A stretch of 62,480 nucleotides of DNA, filler included, from 3 parts of 3 records of this genome joined end to end with filler, not necessarily neighbours in it; one strand, 5' to 3'; positions 39,226-49,764 are shown, numbered from the whole stretch's first letter. Program-made: numbers and translations. The notes: generated by a model from the letters alone, not told the origin.

Positions 39226-39810
39226 GTGGCGTATAATATTACTTTATCTAACAAAAATAAGGAGATTGCTGAATCACTTTTATTAGAAGTTGCTAAGTCT
39301 CTTGACAAATTAAATATAGAATATTGGTTAGAAGGTGGAACTTTACTGGGAATTAAAAGAGAGTCTAGACTTTTACCTTGGGATAATGATCTAGATTTAT
39401 CAATTAATAAATCACAAATAGGTAAAATAGATAAATTGATAAGTGATTTAAAAATAAAAAACTTAAGAGTTAGGGTTAGAAAATTTAATGAATCATCCGA
39501 GATTTTTAAAAAACATGATATTAGAATTATTAAAATAAGAAACAGGCGATTTTTTAACCTATTAAAAGGTAAGGTTTGTCTTGAAATATTTGTTAAATAT
39601 CCAAAATCTAATAAATCATATTGGATGATTGGAAATATAACTAAAAATGTTCCATCAAAATTTTATTCAAAATTTAAAACAATAAAGTTTAAAGGCTATT
39701 CTTATTCTATTCCTTTTCTTACAAAAGAATATTTAACTTATAGATATGGAGATTGGGAAAAACCTGTAAAAGAATGGAATACTTTTGTCGATGACAAAGC
39801 TCTCAATTAA
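39226..39810 (+). CDS. LicD family phosphotransferase
   Basis: YWLEGGTLLG..R...LLPWDNDLDL and YLTYRYGDW motifs. Confidence 0.9.
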   Translation: MAYNITLSNKNKEIAESLLLEVAKSLDKLNIEYWLEGGTLLGIKRESRLLPWDNDLDLSINKSQIGKIDKLISDLKIKNLRVRVRKFNESSEIFKKHDIRIIKIRNRRFFNLLKGKVCLEIFVKYPKSNKSYWMIGNITKNVPSKFYSKFKTIKFKGYSYSIPFLTKEYLTYRYGDWEKPVKEWNTFVDDKALN

Positions 39811-40415
39811 ATTTTACTATTTAATAACAGGCCTTTTAAAATAGTACTACTTACGTTTGGAGTGTAAGTAAAATACTCAACTGGGCAAGAAGTTTTTGGA
39901 TAGCGACCTTTCCAGTCGTCACCAACAGAAATGGCGTCAATATTATATTTATCTATAGCCTCTTGCTTATTTTTATTAGTTTGAGGCACAACCATATCAA
40001 CATATTTGATAGATTCAACAATTTTTACTCTCTCTAAAAATGGAATTACAGGTAATTTACCTTTCTCCTTCAGAATTAATTCATCAGTTGAAACTCCAAC
40101 TATAAGTTTTTGACAAATATCTTTAGACTTACTTAATATGTTTAGGTGCCCATAATGAAATATATCGAAACAGCCGGTCGTGTACATAATCTTATATTTT
40201 TTTTCTGAGACATTATTACATACAGTAACCATGGAATTATTATTAAAAACAATTGAAATAGTATCTCCATATTTAAGAAAAAGCTCATCAAATAGCTTAA
40301 ATATATTATCAGTAAATGTTGATGTAGAATGAATTGAAAAACTATTTGAGTCTATAATACTCAATTGAATATTAGAAAACTTTGTTATTAATGAGAGTAA
40401 ATATTTTTTTTCCAT
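39807..40415 (-). CDS. TagD-like glycerol-3-phosphate cytidylyltransferase with N-terminal extension
   Basis: TTGCFDIFHYGHLNIL, GVSTDE, VGDDWKG and YTPNVSST motifs. Start placed at MEKKY. Confidence 0.88.
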   Translation of the reverse strand: MEKKYLLSLITKFSNIQLSIIDSNSFSIHSTSTFTDNIFKLFDELFLKYGDTISIVFNNNSMVTVCNNVSEKKYKIMYTTGCFDIFHYGHLNILSKSKDICQKLIVGVSTDELILKEKGKLPVIPFLERVKIVESIKYVDMVVPQTNKNKQEAIDKYNIDAISVGDDWKGRYPKTSCPVEYFTYTPNVSSTILKGLLLNSKI

Positions 40416-40478
40416 ATTATGTATAATACGTAAAATTACAAAAAACAAATCTTAAGATATCATTCAAATTAATTATTA

Positions 40479-40486
40479 TAACTTTG
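40479..40486 (+). promoter_or_regulatory. -7 promoter element
   Basis: TAACTTTG 19 nt before the LicC-like ATG. Confidence 0.6.
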
Positions 40487-40505
40487 ATAAAATTAATCTG
40501 AAAAT

Positions 40506-41186
40506 ATGAAAATTATAATTCTAGCTGCTGGAATTGGATCAAGGTTAGGAAATCCTTTTCCTAAACCCTTAACTAAGTTAAATAATAACAAGAGCATTAT
40601 GCAAATGATGACTGAAAACATATCCTATATATTTGATACGGATATGATTAACCTTGTTGTAGGATTTAAGAAAGATTTAATTATGGAAAGCTTTCCAAAC
40701 TTAACCTATGTTTACAATCAATATTTTGATCAAACCAATACAGCAAAAAGTTTATTAAAAGCAATAAAAAAGTACAGAAAAGAATCAATTCTATGGATGA
40801 ATGGAGATATAGTTTTTGATAAAAAACTTTTAATAAGATTGAAAGAGTACATTGATAACGATATTTCTTTTGTGGCAGTAAACACAAGTAAAGTTGCAGA
40901 AGAAGAAGTTAAATACACAGTTAAAGATGGAAGTATAAAAAAGTTATCAAAAGAGGTAGAAAATGGATTAGGTGAAGCTGTTGGAATAAATTTTATTTCT
41001 GCAACTTATGTAAAAAAGTTCATAAAAAGACTAGAGGATTGTAGAGACAATGACTATTTTGAAAAAGCTTTAGAAACAGCTATAGAAAAAGACAATTTTA
41101 TAATAAAGCCTGTAGATATTTCAGATTTTAATTGTATTGAGATAGATTTTGAAGAAGACCTTAAAAATGCAAATAATTTAATCTAA
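40506..41186 (+). CDS. LicC-like phosphocholine/phosphonate cytidylyltransferase family NTP transferase
   Basis: ILAAGIGSRL, PKPL, TNTAKSL, NGDIVF, GEAVGI and EIDFEEDL motifs. Confidence 0.82.
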   Translation: MKIIILAAGIGSRLGNPFPKPLTKLNNNKSIMQMMTENISYIFDTDMINLVVGFKKDLIMESFPNLTYVYNQYFDQTNTAKSLLKAIKKYRKESILWMNGDIVFDKKLLIRLKEYIDNDISFVAVNTSKVAEEEVKYTVKDGSIKKLSKEVENGLGEAVGINFISATYVKKFIKRLEDCRDNDYFEKALETAIEKDNFIIKPVDISDFNCIEIDFEEDLKNANNLI

Positions 41187-42217
41187 TGAATTCTATTTTA
41201 TTTTGTAAAAATAAATATGCATTTGGAATATTAGAACCAATACAAAAGGAATTAAAAAATCTAAACTATGATTTTATATGGTTTGTTGACAAAGAAATAC
41301 TAAGTGACTTTCCATATAAATCTGATCAATATACCACTTCTATAAAAGAGTTGAAAAATTATAATAGTGAAGCAATTTTTGTATGTGGAAACGCTGTGCC
41401 TCACTATCTAAAAGGAGTCAAAACTCAAGTTTTTCATGGTTTTGCTGGAGAGAAGAAAGGTCATTTTAGAATAAGAAGTTATTTTGATTTATACCTAACT
41501 CAAGGTCCTTATTTTACAAAAGAATTTTTAACTAAAAAGGAAATACACAAGGATTTTGAAGTAATTGAAACAGGCTGGTCAAGAATTGATAATTTATTTA
41601 AATGGAGTTCGGATTTAGATAAAAAGAAAGAAGATCTATTAATAAAGTCCAAAAAAGATAAAGTGATTTTATACGCACCAACTTTTTCTCCTAAATTAAC
41701 ATCTGCTCCACATTTAAAAAAAGAAATAATATCAATAAGTTACAGTGATTATTTAATTCTAATAAAGTTTCATCCTTTAATGGATAAAAAAATAAAAAAT
41801 GAGTACAAACAAATAGCCAAATTAAATTCAAATATTTTAATCTATGATGATAATGATATTACAGATTTATTGAAAATATCTGATCTATTAATTAGTGATA
41901 CATCTTCTGTAATATATGAGTTTAGTCTACTAAATAAACCTGTGATAACTTTTAATAATATTGCAAAAATCAAATATTGGCAAGACTCCAAAAAATACAC
42001 GGACTTACATGCACTTGTTGAAAATAATTTAAATAATGATATTTTTTTAGAAAGAAGAGATGAGCTAATAAAAAAATATCATCCATATACAGATGGAAAA
42101 TCTTCACAAAGAATGATTAAAGCTGTTAGAAAATATATATCAAATAGTGGTGTACCCAGAGTAAGAAAACTATCTTTTTTAAGAAGACTAAAAATTTATA
42201 AAATTTTTGGATTTTAA
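41186..42217 (+). CDS. CDP-glycerol glycerophosphotransferase (TagF-like) family protein
   Basis: QVFHG, TGWSRID, ILYAPTF, IKFHP and DLLISDTSSVIYEF.LLNKPVI motifs. Confidence 0.85.
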   Translation: MNSILFCKNKYAFGILEPIQKELKNLNYDFIWFVDKEILSDFPYKSDQYTTSIKELKNYNSEAIFVCGNAVPHYLKGVKTQVFHGFAGEKKGHFRIRSYFDLYLTQGPYFTKEFLTKKEIHKDFEVIETGWSRIDNLFKWSSDLDKKKEDLLIKSKKDKVILYAPTFSPKLTSAPHLKKEIISISYSDYLILIKFHPLMDKKIKNEYKQIAKLNSNILIYDDNDITDLLKISDLLISDTSSVIYEFSLLNKPVITFNNIAKIKYWQDSKKYTDLHALVENNLNNDIFLERRDELIKKYHPYTDGKSSQRMIKAVRKYISNSGVPRVRKLSFLRRLKIYKIFGF

Positions 42218-42963
42218 AACTTGAACTTTTTTAATTTTTTTAGCTTACTTCTGTTTGAGAAGAATTTATTTGAATAGAATAACATTTTTTTATAGATTAT
42301 ATCATTATCTACTTTGTATAAACTAGCATATTGTTCACTAAAAATCTTTATTACTTTAGAGTCCTGGGTTAATCTGTTAAAGTTTTTCATTCTATCATCA
42401 AAATTCATTTTTTTAAATTCCATTCTATTTAAATCAATTAGGTAAAATTTATAGTTATTTTCATTTACTTTAATTAGTGTGTTCCCTGGTGAATGGTCTA
42501 AATAATTGATATTATTTTCATGGAGCTTATATGTAAATTCAGAAAATAACTTTAAAATTTTTTCACGATTGTTAAAGTTTGAATCTTTGATTACTTCTCT
42601 AATTGAAAAATTATATTCAATATTTTTAGAGACATAATAACTATTTTTCAAAAAAAATCTTGTTTTAAACTCAAAATACGCTATTGGATCAGGAGTATTA
42701 ATTCCAATACTTAATAGTTTTTGAGCATATCTGTAAGATCTCTCTGCCTTACTTGTTCTAAATTTATTGTATATAATTGCATTAAAAATATTGGGTATTT
42801 TGAATGACTTTATATTGTATATAAACTTATCCGATTCAAAAGACTTTATTACATTTCTTGAATCCTTGATTATTAAACCTGAATTAGTAAAATTATTGAT
42901 GAAATTTTCAATAACATCGCTAGAGGAATTATAATCAGTATTTATTAATTTAACTTTTATCAA
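42214..42963 (-). CDS. LPS kinase (Kdo/WaaP/InaA-like) family protein
   Basis: IKSFKIPN, SKAERSY, GINTPDPIAY, LHENNINYLDHSPGNTL and LIDLNRM motifs. TTG start at 42963 preferred because 43020 would overlap tsaC. Confidence 0.85.
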   Translation of the reverse strand: MIKVKLINTDYNSSSDVIENFINNFTNSGLIIKDSRNVIKSFESDKFIYNIKSFKIPNIFNAIIYNKFRTSKAERSYRYAQKLLSIGINTPDPIAYFEFKTRFFLKNSYYVSKNIEYNFSIREVIKDSNFNNREKILKLFSEFTYKLHENNINYLDHSPGNTLIKVNENNYKFYLIDLNRMEFKKMNFDDRMKNFNRLTQDSKVIKIFSEQYASLYKVDNDIIYKKMLFYSNKFFSNRSKLKKLKKFKF

Positions 42964-43000
42964 AAGGTTATTTTTATATTTGATGTAAATATATTTATTA

Positions 43001-43570
43001 ATGATTAATATTATTAACAAAGAGGTTGAAAAAGCTGCTAAAATTTTGAGCAGCGGGGGTGTTATTGTTTATCCTACTGATACAGTATGGGGACTTGGGT
43101 GTGATGCTACCAACGAAGCTGCAATTAAAAACATTTATAAAATAAAGCAAAGAAATTCATCAAATCCAATGCTTTGTCTACTAAATCATACCTCTATGTT
43201 AGAGAAATATCTAACTTCAGTTCCTAAGCAGTCAAGAGAAATTTTAGAAAAAGCTTTATCACCAACTACTATTATTTATAACCATTCAATCAACATATCC
43301 AAGCTATTAACTGGTGAAAATGATAGTATAGGTTTTCGTGTTGTTGACAATGAATTTTGTAAAAAGATTATAAAAAAAATTGGAAAACCGATTGTATCAA
43401 CTTCTGCAAATTTAAGTGGTGAACCAACCGCATATAATGTTAAAGAAATCAACACCAAGATTTTAAAACAAGTGGACTATGTCGTAAATTTGCCAAGCAA
43501 TAACTCATACAATAAAGCATCTTCAATTATTAAAATTAATTTGGACGGAACAATTTCAAAAATTAGGTAA
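43001..43570 (+). CDS. tsaC: L-threonylcarbamoyladenylate synthase (TsaC/Sua5/YrdC)
   Basis: YPTDTVWGLGCDA, IYKIKQR and PIVSTSAN motifs. Confidence 0.93.
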   Translation: MINIINKEVEKAAKILSSGGVIVYPTDTVWGLGCDATNEAAIKNIYKIKQRNSSNPMLCLLNHTSMLEKYLTSVPKQSREILEKALSPTTIIYNHSINISKLLTGENDSIGFRVVDNEFCKKIIKKIGKPIVSTSANLSGEPTAYNVKEINTKILKQVDYVVNLPSNNSYNKASSIIKINLDGTISKIR

Positions 43571-43581
43571 TAAATTACAAA

Positions 43582-44994
43582 ATGATTTATACAGAAGCTC
43601 TTAAAAATAACATATTTAATTTAATTAGTTCATGTGCGGGCGAATTAGGTTTAGAATGCTATGTCATTGGAGGTTTTGTTAGAGATTTTATAATTAGTGA
43701 GTCGACTCCTAAGGATATCGATATCTTAGTTATTGGTAATGGTATTGATTTTGCAAAATATGTATCACGAAAAATAGAAAAAACTCCAAAAGTTACTGTT
43801 TTTAAAACCTATGGTACAGCTATGTTTAAATATAATAGCATGGAGATTGAATTTGTTGGAGCCAGAAAAGAATCTTACACCCTCGAGAGTAGAAATCCGA
43901 AAGTTAGTATTGGTAGTTTAAATGATGATCAAAATAGAAGAGATTTTACTATCAATTCCATGGCTTTAAGTTTAAATAAACATAATTTTGGGTCTTTACT
44001 AGATCCTTTTAATGGATTAAGTGATATTGAAAATAAAGTCATTAGAACTCCTCTTAACCCTGAAATAACTTACAACGATGACCCTCTTAGGATGTTAAGA
44101 GCTATTCGTTTTGCTACCAAACTAAATTTTAAAATTGACGAAAACTCTTTAAAATCTATTAAAAGTTTATCATCTAGAATTAAAATTATTACAAATGAAA
44201 GAATAGTAGTAGAGTTAAATAAAATATTACTATCGGACAAACCATCAATTGGTTTTATATTATTAGAAAAATGTGGGCTTTTAAAATATATTTTACCAGA
44301 AATCACTTTTCTAAAGGGAATTGATGAAATTGAAGGACAAACTCATAAAGACAATTTCTATCATACTTTAGAAGTTTTAGATAATATCTGTCATCATACA
44401 AATAATTTATGGCTTAGATGGGCAGCTCTTTTACACGATATTGGAAAGGCACCTACTAAAAAATTTAGTAAAAAAGTTGGGTGGACATTCCATGGACATG
44501 AATTTGAAGGTTCTAAAATGGTTTATCATTTATTTAAAAGATTAAAACTCCCTCTAAATGAAAAAATGAAGTATGTCCAAAAATTAGTATTTATGAGCTC
44601 TAGACCAATTGTCTTAGCTCAAGATATTGTAACTGACTCAGCTGTCAGAAGATTGGTATTTGATGCTGGTGATTACGTCGAGGACCTAATGACTCTTTGT
44701 GAAGCAGATATTACCACTAAAAACGAAAAGAAATTCATCAAATACCATAACAATTTTAAAATGGTAAGAAATAAGATTATTGAAGTTGAAGAAAGAGATA
44801 ATATTAGAAATTTTCAACCCCCAATAACAGGTGAAGAAATCATGACTAAGTTTAAAATTAAGCCCTCTAAAGTTATTGGAACTTTAAAAGAAATTATCAA
44901 AGAGGCAATCTTAGAAGGGGTTATACCAAATGAATATAATGCAGCTTATAAGCTTATGATTAGCGAAGCAAAAAAACTAGGTTTAAAAGAATGA
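43582..44994 (+). CDS. cca: CCA tRNA nucleotidyltransferase with HD domain
   Basis: GGFVRD, DIDI, RRDFTIN, DDPLRMLRAIRF and LLHDIGK motifs. Confidence 0.93.
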   Translation: MIYTEALKNNIFNLISSCAGELGLECYVIGGFVRDFIISESTPKDIDILVIGNGIDFAKYVSRKIEKTPKVTVFKTYGTAMFKYNSMEIEFVGARKESYTLESRNPKVSIGSLNDDQNRRDFTINSMALSLNKHNFGSLLDPFNGLSDIENKVIRTPLNPEITYNDDPLRMLRAIRFATKLNFKIDENSLKSIKSLSSRIKIITNERIVVELNKILLSDKPSIGFILLEKCGLLKYILPEITFLKGIDEIEGQTHKDNFYHTLEVLDNICHHTNNLWLRWAALLHDIGKAPTKKFSKKVGWTFHGHEFEGSKMVYHLFKRLKLPLNEKMKYVQKLVFMSSRPIVLAQDIVTDSAVRRLVFDAGDYVEDLMTLCEADITTKNEKKFIKYHNNFKMVRNKIIEVEERDNIRNFQPPITGEEIMTKFKIKPSKVIGTLKEIIKEAILEGVIPNEYNAAYKLMISEAKKLGLKE

Positions 44995-46028
44995 ATAATA
45001 GATTCAACCATCTTACTAAAATCTCTTTAGTTTTAATTTATCTAGTGATTATTGCTGGTGCAATTGTTAGAATGACTGGTTCTGGTATGGGGTGTCCAGA
45101 TTGGCCAAAATGTTTTGGGTATTATATACCTCCTACTGAAGAAAGTCAAATGATATTTAAATCATTTCATAACTACAATAAGGGCGAAATGATTCTTCTA
45201 AATTCAGAAAATTTCTATACAGCCATTAAAGATTTTAAATCTGAGGAATTAATTAATTTAACTAATTGGAATTTATTTCAAAAGCACGACTATGTTGCTT
45301 ATGACCCTGTACATACATGGATTGAATATCTTAATAGATTAATTGGAGCCTTGGCGGGAATACCAATACTACTTTTTACTTTGATAAGTATTTACTATTG
45401 GAAAGATTACAATTATCTTTCGATAATTTCTATACTAACTGTACTTGGGATGGGATTTCAAGCATGGCTTGGAAAAACTGTGGTGGACTCAAATTTAGCT
45501 CCATACAAAATAACTATTCATATGTTAATGGCATTAGTAATAGTTGGTTTAATACTATTATTAATAGTACAAACAAAAAAAACAAATATATTAGAGAACA
45601 AATTATTTAAAAATTTAATTATAATTTCAATATTACTAACACTGGTTCAGGTAGTAATTGGGACACAAGTTAGAGAGTTTGTAGATGAACAAGTTAAATT
45701 AATAGGTTATGATAAATCAAATTGGCTAACAGGTGTACCATTAAAATTCTACGTTCACAGAAGCTTTTCAATTGTGGTATTATTAGTAAACTTGTATCTT
45801 TTCTACTTAAATAAAAAACTAAGCTTAGGATTTAATAAAATTAATTATGTGATGTTTTTCATTGGAGTTGAAATTATAACTGGAATTTTAATGTATTACT
45901 TTGATTTTCCTGTGCTAAGCCAACCTATTCACTTAGTTATAGCTACTATAATTTTTGGATTACAGTTTTATATTTTACTAGAATATTTAATTAGAAATAA
46001 GTTAATTCGCAAAATAAAAATAAAATGA
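44991..46028 (+). CDS. ctaA: heme A synthase (COX15/CtaA)
   Basis: VRMTGSGMGCPDWPKC, TWIEYLNR, His-bearing TM helices, HR and QPIHL motifs. Confidence 0.9.
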   Translation: MNNRFNHLTKISLVLIYLVIIAGAIVRMTGSGMGCPDWPKCFGYYIPPTEESQMIFKSFHNYNKGEMILLNSENFYTAIKDFKSEELINLTNWNLFQKHDYVAYDPVHTWIEYLNRLIGALAGIPILLFTLISIYYWKDYNYLSIISILTVLGMGFQAWLGKTVVDSNLAPYKITIHMLMALVIVGLILLLIVQTKKTNILENKLFKNLIIISILLTLVQVVIGTQVREFVDEQVKLIGYDKSNWLTGVPLKFYVHRSFSIVVLLVNLYLFYLNKKLSLGFNKINYVMFFIGVEIITGILMYYFDFPVLSQPIHLVIATIIFGLQFYILLEYLIRNKLIRKIKIK

Positions 46029-46528
46029 TTTACAGACTCAGAGTAATACTTGACAATGATACTGATGATGATATTTTTAGAGATATTGAAATTAATAAAT
46101 CTGCTAATCTTGAAGACTTTCACAATTCAATCACACAATCTTTTGGTTTTGAAGGTAATGAGATGGCATCTTTTTACTTAAGTGACAATGAGTGGAATCA
46201 AGGAGAAGAAATTTCATTATTTGATCTCGGAGATATTGGTGAAACTAATAGATTAATGAGCGATGTTTTAATGGAAAGTGAGATTAATAATGATAACAAT
46301 AGAATAATATATGTTTATGATTTTCTAAATCTGTGGACCTTTTTAATTGAATTAGTGGAAATTGTAGAGCTAAACAGTGGAGTAAATTATCCTAATCTAA
46401 TTTTTTCAAAAGGTCAAATACCAAGTACCGTTCCTGAAAAAAAATTCAAAGCTGAAAAAAGATTTGATGAAGAGAATGAAGATGATGAGTTAGGAAATTA
46501 CAATGAGTACGATGATTTTTATAATTAA
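46025..46528 (+). CDS. pRiA4b ORF-3 / TnpR-like conserved Bacteroidota protein
   Basis: RDIEI....LEDFH..I...FGF....MASFY and YVYDF...WTF motifs, acidic tail. Confidence 0.78.
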   Translation: MIYRLRVILDNDTDDDIFRDIEINKSANLEDFHNSITQSFGFEGNEMASFYLSDNEWNQGEEISLFDLGDIGETNRLMSDVLMESEINNDNNRIIYVYDFLNLWTFLIELVEIVELNSGVNYPNLIFSKGQIPSTVPEKKFKAEKRFDEENEDDELGNYNEYDDFYN

Positions 46529-46547
46529 TTAGATGTAATTTAACTAA

Positions 46548-48542
46548 ATGGACTTTAAAATACAATCTGATTTTAAACCAACTGGAGATCAACCAAATGC
46601 AATTAACCAGTTGACAAATGGTGTTGAATCTAATGAAAAGTATCAAACTCTTTTAGGTGTAACTGGTTCAGGTAAAACGTTCACCGTTGCCAATGTAATT
46701 GAAAATATTCAGCGTCCTACATTAGTACTAGCGCACAATAAAACTTTAGCAGCCCAATTATATTCTGAGTTCAAGCAGTTTTTTCCAAATAATGCTGTCG
46801 AATACTTTGTTTCTTATTATGACTACTATCAACCAGAAGCATACATGCCTGTTAGTGGTACATACATAGAAAAAGATTTATCTATTAATGAAGAAATTGA
46901 AAAGCTTAGATTAAGTACAACCACTTCCCTGCTTTCCGGAAGAAGGGATATAATAGTTATTGCATCTGTTTCATGTCTATATGGAATAGGAAATCCTGTT
47001 GAGTTTCAAAAAAATATAATTGAATTAGAAGTTGATCAAAAGATTTCAAGAACTAAATTATTAAATCGATTAGTTCAAAGCTTGTACTCAAGAACTGAAG
47101 CTGAATTTAATAGGGGTAATTTTAGAATTAATGGGGACACTATTGATGTATTTCCGGGTTATGCAGATGAAGCTTACAGAATTCATTTTTTTGGAGATGA
47201 AATTGAAGAAATTGAATCCTTTGATCATATTAGCAACAATAGGATTGAAAATTTTAAAAAATTAAATATATTTCCTGCTAATATCTTTGTAACATCTCCT
47301 GATATATTACAAAATGCAATAAATAATATACAGGATGATTTAGTAAAGCAACATGATTATTTCAAGGAAATTGGAAAACATTTAGAGGCTAAAAGATTAA
47401 AAGAAAGAACTGAGTTTGATTTAGAGATGATTAGAGAATTAGGCTATTGCTCAGGTATTGAAAACTATTCAAGATACTTAGATGGTAGAAACCCTGGTAC
47501 AAGACCTTTTTGTTTACTGGACTATTTTCCAGATGATTATTTGATGGTAATTGATGAAAGTCACGTTACTGTTTCTCAAGTTCATGCAATGTATGGTGGA
47601 GATAGAAGTAGAAAGGAAAATCTAGTAGATTATGGTTTTAGACTTCCTGCAGCAATGGACAATAGACCATTAAAGTTTGAAGAATTTGAGAGTTTACAAA
47701 AAAATGTAATCTACGTAAGTGCTACTCCTGCAGATTATGAGTTAGGTAAAACAGAAGGAATATATACAGAACAAATTATTCGACCTACAGGACTATTAGA
47801 TCCTATAATTGAGGTAAAATCGAGTGATAATCAAATCGATGATCTAATTAATGAAATTCAAAAAAGAGTAACAAAAGATGAAAGAATACTGGTAACTACC
47901 CTTACTAAAAGGATGGCTGAAGAGCTTACTAAGTATTTAACTAAAATTGATATTAGAACAAGATACATACACAGCGATGTAGACACCCTTGAAAGAGTAG
48001 AAATAATGCAAGACCTTAGAGAAGGTGTATTTGATGTTTTGGTTGGGGTAAATTTACTAAGAGAAGGTCTAGATTTACCAGAAGTTTCTTTAGTCGCAAT
48101 TATTGATGCAGACAAAGAAGGTTTTTTAAGGTCTGCAAGAGCTTTAACACAAACTGTTGGAAGAGCAGCCAGGCATCTTGATGGGAGAGCAATAATGTAT
48201 GCTGATAAGATTACAAAAAGTATGCAAAAAACTATAGACGAGACTAACTACAGAAGAGAAAAACAAATTAAGTATAATAAAGAAAACAACATCATTCCTA
48301 CTGCCATAACAAAATCTTTGAATAACGCTTTAACCAAAAACAAAGAGGATCAAGAGAAAGAATTAAAAATTATAAATAAAAGAAGTGAACATTTTATAAA
48401 TAAAAAGCAGGTAGACAAAAAAATAAGAGAAATAAGGAAACTTATGGAAGGATCAGCTAAAAACTTAGACTTCATAGAAGCAGCAAAATACAGAGATCAA
48501 ATTAAAGAATTACAAGATGTAAAATCAAGTAAATTTAGCTAG
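46548..48542 (+). CDS. uvrB: excinuclease ABC subunit B
   Basis: PTGDQP, GVTGSGKT, YFVSYYDYYQPEAY, DESH, NLLREGLD and C-terminal UVR motif. Confidence 0.98.
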   Translation: MDFKIQSDFKPTGDQPNAINQLTNGVESNEKYQTLLGVTGSGKTFTVANVIENIQRPTLVLAHNKTLAAQLYSEFKQFFPNNAVEYFVSYYDYYQPEAYMPVSGTYIEKDLSINEEIEKLRLSTTTSLLSGRRDIIVIASVSCLYGIGNPVEFQKNIIELEVDQKISRTKLLNRLVQSLYSRTEAEFNRGNFRINGDTIDVFPGYADEAYRIHFFGDEIEEIESFDHISNNRIENFKKLNIFPANIFVTSPDILQNAINNIQDDLVKQHDYFKEIGKHLEAKRLKERTEFDLEMIRELGYCSGIENYSRYLDGRNPGTRPFCLLDYFPDDYLMVIDESHVTVSQVHAMYGGDRSRKENLVDYGFRLPAAMDNRPLKFEEFESLQKNVIYVSATPADYELGKTEGIYTEQIIRPTGLLDPIIEVKSSDNQIDDLINEIQKRVTKDERILVTTLTKRMAEELTKYLTKIDIRTRYIHSDVDTLERVEIMQDLREGVFDVLVGVNLLREGLDLPEVSLVAIIDADKEGFLRSARALTQTVGRAARHLDGRAIMYADKITKSMQKTIDETNYRREKQIKYNKENNIIPTAITKSLNNALTKNKEDQEKELKIINKRSEHFINKKQVDKKIREIRKLMEGSAKNLDFIEAAKYRDQIKELQDVKSSKFS

Positions 48543-49731
48543 CTAAAACATTTTGAACTTTTTGAGCAGCCTCTTCAAATTCTACTGCACTTTGAACATC
48601 TAATCCAGAATTATCAATTATTTCCTTAGCTAGATCAGCATTTGTGCCTTGTAGTCTTACAATAATTGGAATGTTGATTGAATCCTTCATATTGTTGTAA
48701 GCATCAACAATTCCTTGGGCTACCCTATCACATCTTACAATACCTCCGAAAATATTAACTAAAATTGCTTTGACATTAGGGTCTTTTAAAATAATTCTAA
48801 ATGCAATTTCTACTCTTTCTGCATCAGCAGTACCACCAACATCTAAAAAATTTGCTGGTTCGCCCCCAGATTGTTTTATAAGATCCATAGTAGCCATGGC
48901 CAGTCCAGCACCATTAACCATACATCCAACATTTCCATCTAAATCAACATAATTAAGACCAACTTTATTAGCTTCAACTTCAATAGGATTCTCTTCTTTG
49001 AGATCTCTAAGCTGGGCATAATCTTTATGTCTAAATAGTGCATTGTCATCGATTGAAACTTTAGCATCAACAGCTAAAATTTTATCATCACTTGTTTTTA
49101 AAACTGGATTGATTTCAAACAATGAAGAATCTGATTTATCATATGCATTATAAAGAGAAACTACAAATTTGGTCATTTCCTTAAAAGCCAAACCACTTAA
49201 CCCTAAATTAAATGCAACTTGACGAGCTTGAAAAGGTAATATCCCCGTAGATGGGTCTATATCAACTGTATGAATTAAATGAGGAGTTTCTTCAGCAACA
49301 GTTTCAATATCAATACCACCCTCAGTAGAGTACATAATCATGTTATTTCCTGTAGATCTATTTAAAAGTACTGACATGTAAAATTCATTTGTTTCTGACT
49401 CGCCAGGATAATAAACGTCTTCAGCGATTAGGACCTGATGTACCTTCTTACCTTTTGCAGAAGTTTGAGGAGTAATAAGGTTCATACCAATAATATTGTT
49501 AGAAATGGATTTAACTTCATCTAAGTTTTTAGCAAGCTTAACTCCACCTCCTTTACCACGACCACCGGCATGTACTTGAGCTTTTATTACAAACCAACTC
49601 GTACCAGTTGTTTCAGTGAGTTTTTTTGCACACTCTACGGCTTCATCAGAATTTTGAGCAACTAAACCTCTTTGAATCCTAACTCCAAAACTACTTAACA
49701 TTTCTTTACCTTGATATTCGTGTAAATTCAT
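48535..49731 (-). CDS. sucC: succinyl-CoA ligase beta subunit
   Basis: MNLHEYQGK, KAQVHAGGRGKGGG, NGAGLAMATMD and NIFGGIVRCD motifs. Confidence 0.98.
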   Translation of the reverse strand: MNLHEYQGKEMLSSFGVRIQRGLVAQNSDEAVECAKKLTETTGTSWFVIKAQVHAGGRGKGGGVKLAKNLDEVKSISNNIIGMNLITPQTSAKGKKVHQVLIAEDVYYPGESETNEFYMSVLLNRSTGNNMIMYSTEGGIDIETVAEETPHLIHTVDIDPSTGILPFQARQVAFNLGLSGLAFKEMTKFVVSLYNAYDKSDSSLFEINPVLKTSDDKILAVDAKVSIDDNALFRHKDYAQLRDLKEENPIEVEANKVGLNYVDLDGNVGCMVNGAGLAMATMDLIKQSGGEPANFLDVGGTADAERVEIAFRIILKDPNVKAILVNIFGGIVRCDRVAQGIVDAYNNMKDSINIPIIVRLQGTNADLAKEIIDNSGLDVQSAVEFEEAAQKVQNVLAS

Positions 49732-49756
49732 AATTGGTATATAATAATTAGCAAGG

Positions 49757-49764
49757 CAAATGTA
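49757..49764 (-). promoter_or_regulatory. -7 promoter element of sucC
   Basis: TACATTTG on the minus strand, 25 nt before the ATG. Confidence 0.6.

Noticed and set aside
46025-46528. TnpR / plasmid pRiA4b ORF-3-like gene as a mobile element
   Set aside because: No transposase, inverted repeats or target duplication. It is coupled to ctaA by an ATGA overlap among core genes.
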